From NCBI GenBank assembly GCA_043779885.1, contig JAYWDM010000075.1, positions 1-42,301 on the forward strand: DNA of 42,301 nt. Reading direction: 5' to 3'. This document shows, piece after piece, positions 17,316 through 25,361 of the stretch. The position numbers and the translations under genes are program-made. The DNA comes from Betaproteobacteria bacterium (lineage in GTDB: Bacteria; Pseudomonadota; Gammaproteobacteria; Burkholderiales; SG8-41). Within the stretch, counting starts at the first letter, position 1; each line of letters begins with the position of its first letter. Below the pieces are notes generated by a model. It was given only the letters and a program-made list of their open reading frames with translations. It was not told the DNA's origin and did no database searches.

Positions 17316-18134
17316 CTATAGCCTGGCTGCCTGTCGCGGATCCTGTCCGCTGTCGACGCCGGCCCATTTGATGATTTTGCCGCGTTTGTCCTCTATGCAG
17401 GAAAGCTGCCCCGCGAAATAGCGATACGACCCGTCCGCCATGCGCAGCCGGAACCCGGACGCGCATTCCTCGCCGGTGGCAGCGATGCGGTCCCACGACG
17501 CCTTCACGCGATCGGCATCTTCGGGGTGGACCACGCTTAACCAGCCGCTGCCCTGCAGTGATCCGGGCGCGAGGCCGGTGAGTTCGTAAAACAGGTCGTT
17601 TACATATTCGAAGTTGCCGTCGAGCCGGCGCATGTACCATAAGTGCGGCATGCTCGATGCGAGAGCCTGGTAATGCTCTTCGCTGCGTTGCGCGGATGCC
17701 TCCGCCTGCAGGCGTCCGGCGTGGCTGCGCTCAAGCATTTCAAGTCTGGACTGGGCGATCTCGCGCATCATCCTTCCCTCGTAGCGCGACCTTTGCAGCG
17801 ATTCGATCAGCGCTATGCCGAGCAGGACGACCGCGAAATAACCCACCGTGTAGACCAGGTCCCATATCTCGGGGACGAGAAAAGTGGCAAAAGGCGGCAC
17901 AAAAAAATAGGTGCCGATCAGATACCCGCCGGCGACGACCAACAGCGCGGGCAACAGCCCGCAATAGAATTCGACCAGCAGTGCGGCAATGGTAAAAGTC
18001 AGGAACGGCAGATAGTCCCGCAGAACCGGATGCAACGCGAAGCGGATAGCCGCCGCAATGCCAAGTGCGGCAGCCGCAGCGGCGTACGGTCTCACGCCAC
18101 CGGGGGCCCAGCGCTTGGCGTTTTTGGTTTTCAT
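17316..18134 (-). CDS. membrane sensor protein: DUF4118-like 4-TM module plus coiled coil plus single PAS domain, with no transmitter domain
   Basis: The N-terminal hydrophobic block resembles the KdpD-type DUF4118. The PAS core is '…HLWYMRRLDGNFEYVNDLFYELTGL…WLSVVHPEDADRV…RLRMADGSYRYF…'. The ORF stops right after the PAS domain. Confidence 0.6.
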   Translation of the reverse strand: MKTKNAKRWAPGGVRPYAAAAAALGIAAAIRFALHPVLRDYLPFLTFTIAALLVEFYCGLLPALLVVAGGYLIGTYFFVPPFATFLVPEIWDLVYTVGYFAVVLLGIALIESLQRSRYEGRMMREIAQSRLEMLERSHAGRLQAEASAQRSEEHYQALASSMPHLWYMRRLDGNFEYVNDLFYELTGLAPGSLQGSGWLSVVHPEDADRVKASWDRIAATGEECASGFRLRMADGSYRYFAGQLSCIEDKRGKIIKWAGVDSGQDPRQAARL

Positions 18135-18397
18135 GCGGCCATTGGCTGAGTTAGCGCAGCCGCGATACGGGCGGCATGCACCGTAGCAGGCGCGGTGTAT
18201 AGCGTACGCTCAAGCGGGTCGCCGATAGCACGGATCAACGGGGTAAAGCCTCTGTAAATCAAGCGCTAACGATGCTGGCATCTGTGTTACATTTATGCCT
18301 GTTCAGGCGCCAAACCCGGGCGTCAAGCCCGACGGCGCAAATGCCGTAAACGACCCGCCGAAGCGTGCCCCACTCGAATCCGGAGAACTTGCAACGA

Positions 18398-19243
18398 ATG
18401 CTGACACGAGACATCAACCTGGTCGCAGGTGAAGACGCAGTATTGCTGTTGCATGGACTTGCCGCAAGCCCCCTGGAGATGCGCTACGTTGCGCGCGCAC
18501 TGCACCGCGACGGCTTCTCGGTGCATGTGCCGCACCTGCACGGCTACGGATATGGCGGGGTCGCAACCGACAGTCGGGAATGGCATGTGCGCGCATGCAC
18601 GATATTTGACCAGCTGCGGCGCGACTATCGCACGGTTTCGATAGGCGGGTTGTGTATCGGCGCCGTGCTGGCGCTGAGCCTGGCCGCCGAAAAAGGCCGC
18701 GACGTTGCAGCGCTGTCGCTGTTGTCGACAACGCTGGCCTACGATGGCTGGTCGGTGCCGTGGTACCGGTTTTTGCTGCCGTTTGGTTATTACACGCCGT
18801 TGCGGCATGTATACGCTTATCACGAGCGCGAGCCGTATGGACTGAAGAACGAGGTGCTGCGCAAACGCATTGCGCGCACGGCGCAGCAGGCGGCGCTGAC
18901 CGAGGCCGGCGCGTCCAGCCTGCCCATGAATCATATTTACCAGGCGATGCGCCTGATCGGCCGCGTCAAGCGCAATTTAGGCCATGTGCTGGCGCCGGCG
19001 CTGGTGGTGCACGCCGTCGATGACGATACGGCGAGCGTGAAAAGCGCCGATTTCGTTATCGACCACATCGGTTCGCAGGTCGTGCGCAAGATTTTTCTCG
19101 GCGACAGTTATCACATGGTTACGATGGATAACGAGCGCGACGTGGTGGCGCGCGAGACAAGCGACTTTCTGTGTGCGCAGATCGGCGCGTCCCGGTCGCG
19201 ACTGCAACCCGCGCGGCGCGGCGCGGGCGCGAGGAATGTGTAA
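18398..19243 (+). CDS. alpha/beta hydrolase (esterase/lipase-like) with a cysteine in the nucleophile elbow
   Basis: The oxyanion region 'AVLLLHG' is present. The elbow is G-L-C-I-G (Cys codon TGT at 18653-18655) where G-x-S-x-G is expected. Candidate Asp lies in 'VHAVDDD' and candidate His in 'DSYHMV'. The start may instead be GTG 18365. Confidence 0.7.
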   Translation: MLTRDINLVAGEDAVLLLHGLAASPLEMRYVARALHRDGFSVHVPHLHGYGYGGVATDSREWHVRACTIFDQLRRDYRTVSIGGLCIGAVLALSLAAEKGRDVAALSLLSTTLAYDGWSVPWYRFLLPFGYYTPLRHVYAYHEREPYGLKNEVLRKRIARTAQQAALTEAGASSLPMNHIYQAMRLIGRVKRNLGHVLAPALVVHAVDDDTASVKSADFVIDHIGSQVVRKIFLGDSYHMVTMDNERDVVARETSDFLCAQIGASRSRLQPARRGAGARNV

Positions 19244-19458
19244 TCAAGCGCTGTGTCGCGCAGGGCATGAGAATCGCCTTAACGCCACGGCCGTTCGCCG
19301 GACATGCACTGTGTTTTTCGCAATAAGGACGCGGGAGCCCATCGGGTCAGCTCCTTACGGATTATTTAATGTCTTCCCCTAAGCGGTTATTTTTGTTATG
19401 TTACTGCCACCTTAAGCCGTTGGCGGCCGATCCAGGCTTGCGACCCGGGAGAATTCCA

Positions 19459-20427
19459 GTGATAAGACAAAACTTGTGGCGGCTTTCTCTGTGCACAGTT
19501 GGCGTGCTGGGGTGGCTCGCCGTGCCATTGGGGCACGCTGCCGACAGCAAACATCGGGTCACCGTAAATTACGCACCGGCATCAACTGCCAAGGCATCTG
19601 CGCGCAAACCTGCACGTAAACACGCGCCTGCCGGCAATCACCACGCCACGGAGCTGACCGCCGCGGGGACGCCCCATCTGAAATCGGCCTCCGCGCTGGT
19701 GGTCGATCTTGAAAACGGCAGGGCGATTTACGACAAGAACTCGCAGGTCGTTACGCCGATCGCCTCCATTACCAAGCTGATGACTTCAATGGTGGTGCTC
19801 GATGCCAAGCTGGCGCCCGACGAGATCATCTACATTGACGCCGCGGATTACGATTCGATCAAGCACACGTCATCGCGCCTCGGCATGGGTACGGGGTTGC
19901 CCCGCCATGACATGCTGCGCCTTGCGCTCATGTCCTCGGAAAATCGGGCGGCTGCGGCCCTCGGCCGGGCCTATCCCGGCGGCAGCGAGGCGTTTATTGC
20001 GGCCATGAATCGCAAGGCGGTTGAACTGGGCATGTGGAAGACGCGTTTTGTCGATCCCACCGGACTTTCGAGCGAGAACGTCTCGACCGCCGAAGACCTC
20101 GCGAAGATGGTCAAGGGCGCCTACGAGTATCCGCTGATCCGGGAATTCACGACCACGGCGGCGCATGAAGTCGCGACGGCCGCCGGGCGCAGCCTGCAGT
20201 TTCGCAACTCGAACGGACTGGTCAAGAATCCCACCTGGGAAATCGGCTTGTCCAAGACCGGCTATATCAGCGAAGCCGGGCGCTGCCTCGTCATGCAGGT
20301 CAATATTGCGCAGCGTCCTGTCATCATCGTGTTGCTCGACTCATGGGGCAAGCTGACGCGTATCGGCGACGCCAATCGCATCAAGAAGTGGCTCGAAAGC
20401 CAGGTCGGGCGCAAGCCGGTAGGCTGA
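19459..20427 (+). CDS. pbpG: D-alanyl-D-alanine endopeptidase, peptidase S11 (PBP7/PbpG-like)
   Basis: SxxK (ASITK), SxN (SENR) and KTG (SKTG) motifs. The GTG 19459 start has a GGGAGA RBS and a signal peptide ending LGHA. Confidence 0.8.
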   Translation: MIRQNLWRLSLCTVGVLGWLAVPLGHAADSKHRVTVNYAPASTAKASARKPARKHAPAGNHHATELTAAGTPHLKSASALVVDLENGRAIYDKNSQVVTPIASITKLMTSMVVLDAKLAPDEIIYIDAADYDSIKHTSSRLGMGTGLPRHDMLRLALMSSENRAAAALGRAYPGGSEAFIAAMNRKAVELGMWKTRFVDPTGLSSENVSTAEDLAKMVKGAYEYPLIREFTTTAAHEVATAAGRSLQFRNSNGLVKNPTWEIGLSKTGYISEAGRCLVMQVNIAQRPVIIVLLDSWGKLTRIGDANRIKKWLESQVGRKPVG

Positions 20428-20523
20428 TTGCACCGGTCGCGGCGCGAAATCACCGCGGCAAACGCGCCTGACCTCATCGCATTGCCGGTTTTTCTGTCCC
20501 GCCGTTTCGCCGAACCGCCTGCC

Positions 20524-21519
20524 ATGCTGCCGAATGCGCGAACAGTGCCGCCATCGGAGCGTGTTTCCTTCCAGGATTTGCTGCCGCCGCCGCGCCGCAT
20601 GCTCGACGAAGTGCAGGCGGGCCTCGCCAGGCCGCAAAAAGAAATCTCACCCAAGTTTTTTTACGACGGGCGCGGCTGCGAGCTCTTCGAGGCGATTTGC
20701 GGTCTTCCCGAATATTATCCGACGCGCACCGAGCTTGCGATCATGCGCGAACATGCGCACGCCATGGCCGAACGGCTGGGTCGCGACTGCGCGCTGATTG
20801 AAATCGGTTGCGGCAACAGCGAGAAGACTCGTTTGCTGCTCGAAAAACTGCAGCCGCGGGTATTTATCCCGGTGGACATCGCGCGTGAGCAGCTCGAAGC
20901 GTCGTGCAATGTGCTGGCGGCCTCGTTTCCCGGGATGGCGATAGTGGCGTTGCGGGCTGATTTCTCGGGTGAGGTTGCGCTGCCGGACGCCGGACTGGGA
21001 GCAGCGCGTCGCGTACTTTATTTTCCGGGCTCGACAATCGGCAATTTCACGCCGGACGAGGCGCGCGCGTTTCTGGCGCGCTGGGCGCCGTTGCTGGGTG
21101 CCGGTGGCGGCGCGCTGATCGGCGTCGACCTCAAAAAGGACGGGGCAGTCCTGAACGCCGCGTACAACGATGCGCAGGGCGTGACCGCCGAATTCAATCT
21201 GAACGTGCTCGGCCGCATCAACCGCGAACTCGGGGCTGATTTCGATCTTGCCGCATTTCGCCACCGCGCCCGCTACGACGCGCGCCTTGGCCGCATCGAG
21301 ATGCATCTGGAGAGCCTTATCGAGCAGCAGGTGACGATCGCCGGCAACACGTTCTCGTTGCGCGCCGGCGAAACCATCCATACGGAGAACTCTTGCAAGT
21401 ACGATATCGCCGAATTTCAGGCGCTCGGGCGCGCCGCCGGTTTTTCGCCGGAACATTGCTGGACCGACGACGAGAGGTTGTTTTCGGTACATTACTTCCA
21501 TGTGCCGCAGGGCTCATGA
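20524..21519 (+). CDS. egtD: L-histidine N-alpha-methyltransferase (EgtD family)
   Basis: Strong motif agreement with EgtD: PKFFYD…LPEYYPTRTE, SAM loop LIEIGCGNSEKTRLLLE, FPGSTIGNF, AYNDAQGVTAEFNLNVLGRINRELGADFD, TENSCKY. Confidence 0.85.
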   Translation: MLPNARTVPPSERVSFQDLLPPPRRMLDEVQAGLARPQKEISPKFFYDGRGCELFEAICGLPEYYPTRTELAIMREHAHAMAERLGRDCALIEIGCGNSEKTRLLLEKLQPRVFIPVDIAREQLEASCNVLAASFPGMAIVALRADFSGEVALPDAGLGAARRVLYFPGSTIGNFTPDEARAFLARWAPLLGAGGGALIGVDLKKDGAVLNAAYNDAQGVTAEFNLNVLGRINRELGADFDLAAFRHRARYDARLGRIEMHLESLIEQQVTIAGNTFSLRAGETIHTENSCKYDIAEFQALGRAAGFSPEHCWTDDERLFSVHYFHVPQGS

Positions 21520-21639
21520 ACACTTTGATACGGGGATGCCGGCGCTACCGACGATAAACCCAATCGTAACCGCGGCCGCCGCGGAAGTTCGCTATAATCG
21601 GCGACCGGGTCATTAAGCGAGGCTGTTGTTAAATCCGTC

Positions 21640-22761
21640 GTGTCCGCAAAAGCTGGTCTGGAGGACCTGAAGCGCGAGATTGTTGAGCGCCATGTCAGGC
21701 CGGACGACCTCAAGGGATTTGCGCTGATGCTCACGACGCTGGTGCCGCTTGCCGCCCTCTGGTATGGCGCCGTGCTGAGCGCCGGCGTGTCGTACTGGCT
21801 GACTGCTGGTGTCATAGTGCTCATGAGTCTTTTTCTGCTGCGCGTGTTTGTGCTGATGCACGAGTGCGGTCACGGCAGCCTGTTTCGCACCGTCCGCCTC
21901 AACCGGTCATGCGGATTTCTCCTGGGCGTCGTCGCGGGCATGCCGCAGTACGCCTGGTCGCGCCACCATCAACACCATCATTCGACCAACGGCGACTGGG
22001 CCAAATACCGCGGGCCTTTGAACGTCATCCCGGTAGACGAATATGCCGCCATGACCGCACCGGCACAGCGCCGCTACAGAAATGCCCGCAATATCTGGAT
22101 GACTCCCATTGCGGGATTCCTGTATTTGATTTTCAACCCGCGGGTCACCTGGTTGAGGGGCAGCGTCGGTCTGGTTCGTCACATTGTCAGGAGAAAATTC
22201 GCGCAACCCGGCATATCGATCAAGGCACATGCGCGTGACTTCAGGACACCCTACTGGTCTTCAGCGCCGGAGTACTGGCACATGTTCTGGAACAACCTCG
22301 TGCTGATGGGTCTGTGGGGAGTGATGGCCTGGATGGTCGGACCGATGCTGTTCTTCGTCTGTTATACCGTCAGTGTGTCGCTGGCCGGCGCCGCCGGGAT
22401 ACTGCTCTTTGCGGTGCAGCACAATTTCGAACACTCCTATGCAAGCCAGGGAGAAGACTGGAATTTGAACACAGCTGCGATAAGTGGTACGAGTTTTCTG
22501 GTCCTGCCCCGCTGGCTTAACTGGTTCACCGCCAATATTGCGTATCACCACATTCACCATCTGTCCTCCAGAATCCCGACTTATTGTCTGGCTGCGTGCC
22601 ATAACGAGTACCAGCATTTGTTTTCCGGCGTCACACGCATCACGCTCTCCCGGATTCCCCGCGCTTTCAAGTGCATACTCTGGGACACCCTTGCCTGCCG
22701 CATTGTTTCGGTAGCAGAGTCGCGGCAACCAAAGTTATTTCGCGCGGGATCTTCTGCGTGA
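21640..22761 (+). CDS. membrane fatty acid desaturase family protein
   Basis: Three histidine boxes: HECGH, HHQHHH and HHIHH (plus QHNFEH). Multiple TM helices. The GTG start is uncertain. Confidence 0.8.
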   Translation: MSAKAGLEDLKREIVERHVRPDDLKGFALMLTTLVPLAALWYGAVLSAGVSYWLTAGVIVLMSLFLLRVFVLMHECGHGSLFRTVRLNRSCGFLLGVVAGMPQYAWSRHHQHHHSTNGDWAKYRGPLNVIPVDEYAAMTAPAQRRYRNARNIWMTPIAGFLYLIFNPRVTWLRGSVGLVRHIVRRKFAQPGISIKAHARDFRTPYWSSAPEYWHMFWNNLVLMGLWGVMAWMVGPMLFFVCYTVSVSLAGAAGILLFAVQHNFEHSYASQGEDWNLNTAAISGTSFLVLPRWLNWFTANIAYHHIHHLSSRIPTYCLAACHNEYQHLFSGVTRITLSRIPRAFKCILWDTLACRIVSVAESRQPKLFRAGSSA

Positions 22762-22981
22762 GTACGGCGGCGACCGCTGCCGATCGTTTTCCGCCGCCAG
22801 GAATCCGCCGACTGCGCTGCGGGTCGTTGACCGGCACGCCGCCGAAGAAATGCTGATCGATATCCCGGCGATTGTGGCCGCAGACTGACGTGGCGCGGTG
22901 CATGCCGCGCGCCCGGATTGCGCATTCGCTTGACCGCTTGCGAGGTGCGCAACGTGCGGGACCCGCTGTGGTGTGGCGCTA

Positions 22982-24127
22982 ATGGCGATTTACCTGATCA
23001 TCCTGCTGTGCATACTCAATCACGCGGCTTTCACCGGCAGCCGCGTCGTGATCACGCTCTATGCCATAGACCTCGGCGCGAATCCGTTCGCGATCGGCGT
23101 GCTGATTTCGTTTTATGCATTGTGCCCCCTGCTGTTCGCGATTTACACCGGCCGGTTCATCGACCGCATCGGTGCGCGGCTGCCGATGCTGGCCGGTACG
23201 CTCGGTCTCATGTTCGGATTGGCGCTGCCGGTGGTGCTTCCCGGCCTGCCGACGCTGTATTTCACGGCGCTGATACTCGGTTCGTCCTTCATGCTGTTTT
23301 TCGTCGCCGTGCAGGGCACCACCGGCGCGGTCGGCAGGACGGAAGACCGTGCGCGCAACTACAGCCTGCTCAGCATCGGCTTCTCGATTGCGAGCTTCAT
23401 AGGTCCGATTACCGCGGGATTCGCGGTCGACCACGTCGGGTTTCGCAATGCGCTGCTCGTATTGTCGATCGGCATCGTCCTGTCGGTGCTGGCGCAGGCC
23501 TTGCGGCCGCAGTGGATTCCGCGGCCATCCCCCAATCCGGGCAAGGAGGCCGGGCAGCGTGTAACCGACCTGCTGCGGATTCCGGCGCTGCGGCGCATGT
23601 TTATCGCCAGCGGATTCCTGTCCGGCGCATGGGACTTGTATACGTTTTATCTGCCGGTATACGGCCACGGGGTCGGGCTGTCGGCGTCGGCTATCGGCAT
23701 GATACTGGCGAGCTTTTCAGCGGCGACCCTGGTAATCCGGGTGTTTTTGCCGATGATGGCGAGGCACAGCGATGAAATCCGCATTCTGACGGCGGCGATT
23801 TTCCTGGCCAGCGTTGCCTACTTTCTTTTTCCGTTCTTCCGCAATGCATGGGCGTTGGCGGCGATATCGTTCCTGCTGGGGTTGGGTCTGGGCACGGGGC
23901 AGCCGCTTTCGATGACCCTCATCTATAATCTCGCCCCGCCCGGGCGCACCAGCGAGGCAGCGGGGATACGCGTCACCGTCAACAACATGGCGCACGTGAC
24001 GATCCCGCTCGTGTTCGGCGGCATCGGCTCGGCGCTCGGGTTCACCGCAGTTTTCATTTCCAACGCCGCGGTGCTGTTTGCCGGCGCGCTGATCAATCAC
24101 CGTTCGGCGCCGCGCAAACCGAAATAG
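22982..24127 (+). CDS. MFS transporter
   Basis: About 380 aa with 12 predicted TM helices and an MFS loop 2-3 motif (GRFIDRIGAR). The start is ATG 22982 or GTG 22973. Confidence 0.8.
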   Translation: MAIYLIILLCILNHAAFTGSRVVITLYAIDLGANPFAIGVLISFYALCPLLFAIYTGRFIDRIGARLPMLAGTLGLMFGLALPVVLPGLPTLYFTALILGSSFMLFFVAVQGTTGAVGRTEDRARNYSLLSIGFSIASFIGPITAGFAVDHVGFRNALLVLSIGIVLSVLAQALRPQWIPRPSPNPGKEAGQRVTDLLRIPALRRMFIASGFLSGAWDLYTFYLPVYGHGVGLSASAIGMILASFSAATLVIRVFLPMMARHSDEIRILTAAIFLASVAYFLFPFFRNAWALAAISFLLGLGLGTGQPLSMTLIYNLAPPGRTSEAAGIRVTVNNMAHVTIPLVFGGIGSALGFTAVFISNAAVLFAGALINHRSAPRKPK

Positions 24128-24214
24128 CCCGACAAGCATTGACCGCGGCGCGCAATATGACTATCGTTGCGCGCTGGGATTTTCCAGCGTTAAACGAGAC
24201 AGGAATTGCACATC

Positions 24215-24334
24215 ATGGGTAAAGGCGACAAGAGGACTCTCAAAGGCAAGACGTTCAAGGGGTCGTACGGCAAGACCCGCCCGCACCATCCGAAGAAGAA
24301 GGCGGCCGTCAAGCCGGCCGGCAGGAAACACTAG
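24215..24334 (+). CDS. 30S ribosomal protein bTHX
   Basis: This 39-aa ORF is absent from the ORF track: MGKGDKRTLKGKTFKGSYGKTRPHHPKKKAAVKPAGRKH. It aligns residue for residue with Thermus THX as I recall it ([26 protein letters not shown]). AGGA lies 10 nt upstream. Confidence 0.8.
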   Translation: MGKGDKRTLKGKTFKGSYGKTRPHHPKKKAAVKPAGRKH

Positions 24335-24357
24335 AAGCGCGTTGCAAACTGAAGCGG

Positions 24358-24439
24358 GTCATTGCGAGGCCCGCAGGGCCGCGGCAATCTCCGCGGCGAT
24401 TCATTGCGATTGCGTCGTCGCTGCGTTCCCCGCAATGAC
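24358..24439. repeat. REP/MITE-like nested-palindrome element, copy A
   Basis: The outer inverted repeat is GTCATTGCG…CGCAATGAC and the inner one is GCAATC…GATTGC. It sits between the convergent bTHX and hydrolase genes. Same architecture as 29544-29661. Confidence 0.7.
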
Positions 24440-24465
24440 AGAACCTGTCGCCATGCTGAAATGCG

Positions 24466-25257
24466 CTATTGTTTGGCCGCGCGCCCGAGAAAATCAATCA
24501 GCGCGGTGTTAAACGCCTGCGGCTGTTCGATATTGGACAGGTGCGCGGCGGACGGAATGATGACGAGTTCCGAACCCGGTTTCGCTTCGTGTATCTCGCG
24601 CGCCATCGCCACCGGCGTGCCGGGATCCTGTTCGCCGACGATGACGAGCGTCGGGCAGGCAATCTCCTGCAGCCGCTGCGTGACGTCGATCTTCGGGATC
24701 GCATGGCAGCAGCCGACAAATCCGGCGACGGGGGTCGCGCGGATGGAGGCGCCAACACGCGCCACCGCCGGCGGATTCGACTTGCGGTACGGCTCGGTAA
24801 ACCAGCGCGCCAGCGTGCCGTCGACAATCGCTGCCATGCCTTTCGTTTGCGCCGTCTGGATGCGGTCGGCCCACACGGGGGCGGCGTCCGCCGGGTAACG
24901 GCTGGTGGTGTCGGCGAGCACCATGCTGCGGAATATGCCGGGATACTTCAACGCAAACGTCTGCCCGATCATGCCGCCCATCGACAGGCCGGCCCAATGC
25001 GTTTGCCTGATCCCCAGCGCGCCCAGGAGGCCGTGCACGTCGTCGGCCAGCTGCTCCAGCGTGTAAGCACCGGCGGGCGCCTCGCTCTTGCCGTGGCCGC
25101 GCGTGTCATAGCGCAGCACCTTGTATTTCCTGGTGAGCTCATCCATCTGCTCGTCCCACATATGCAGATCGCACGCCAGGGAATGCGACAGCGTAATCCA
25201 CGGCCCATCGCCGGCGATCTCGTAATTGACGGTCAGGCCGTTCACTTTGGCTTCCAT
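24466..25257 (-). CDS. alpha/beta hydrolase, 3-oxoadipate enol-lactonase-like
   Basis: 263 aa with an HS…oxyanion region, a GLSMGG nucleophile elbow and a C-terminal 'AAHLSNIEQP' His motif. Confidence 0.75.
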   Translation of the reverse strand: MEAKVNGLTVNYEIAGDGPWITLSHSLACDLHMWDEQMDELTRKYKVLRYDTRGHGKSEAPAGAYTLEQLADDVHGLLGALGIRQTHWAGLSMGGMIGQTFALKYPGIFRSMVLADTTSRYPADAAPVWADRIQTAQTKGMAAIVDGTLARWFTEPYRKSNPPAVARVGASIRATPVAGFVGCCHAIPKIDVTQRLQEIACPTLVIVGEQDPGTPVAMAREIHEAKPGSELVIIPSAAHLSNIEQPQAFNTALIDFLGRAAKQ

Positions 25258-25361
25258 TGGTTGCGTCTCCCCCGGTTAATTTGCCTGATGCTCTTGAGTC
25301 CCTCGGCGGACTGCCGCGGCGGCGGTCATTATAGCAATGCCGCGCAACAGGGCGGATGGCG

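Noticed and set aside
21593-21598. Perfect TATAAT hexamer 42 nt upstream of the desaturase start, as a promoter -10
   Set aside because: No acceptable -35 lies 16-18 nt upstream (that region is CCGCGG-rich) and there is no TG extension. I kept it only as a note because I cannot support it as a feature.
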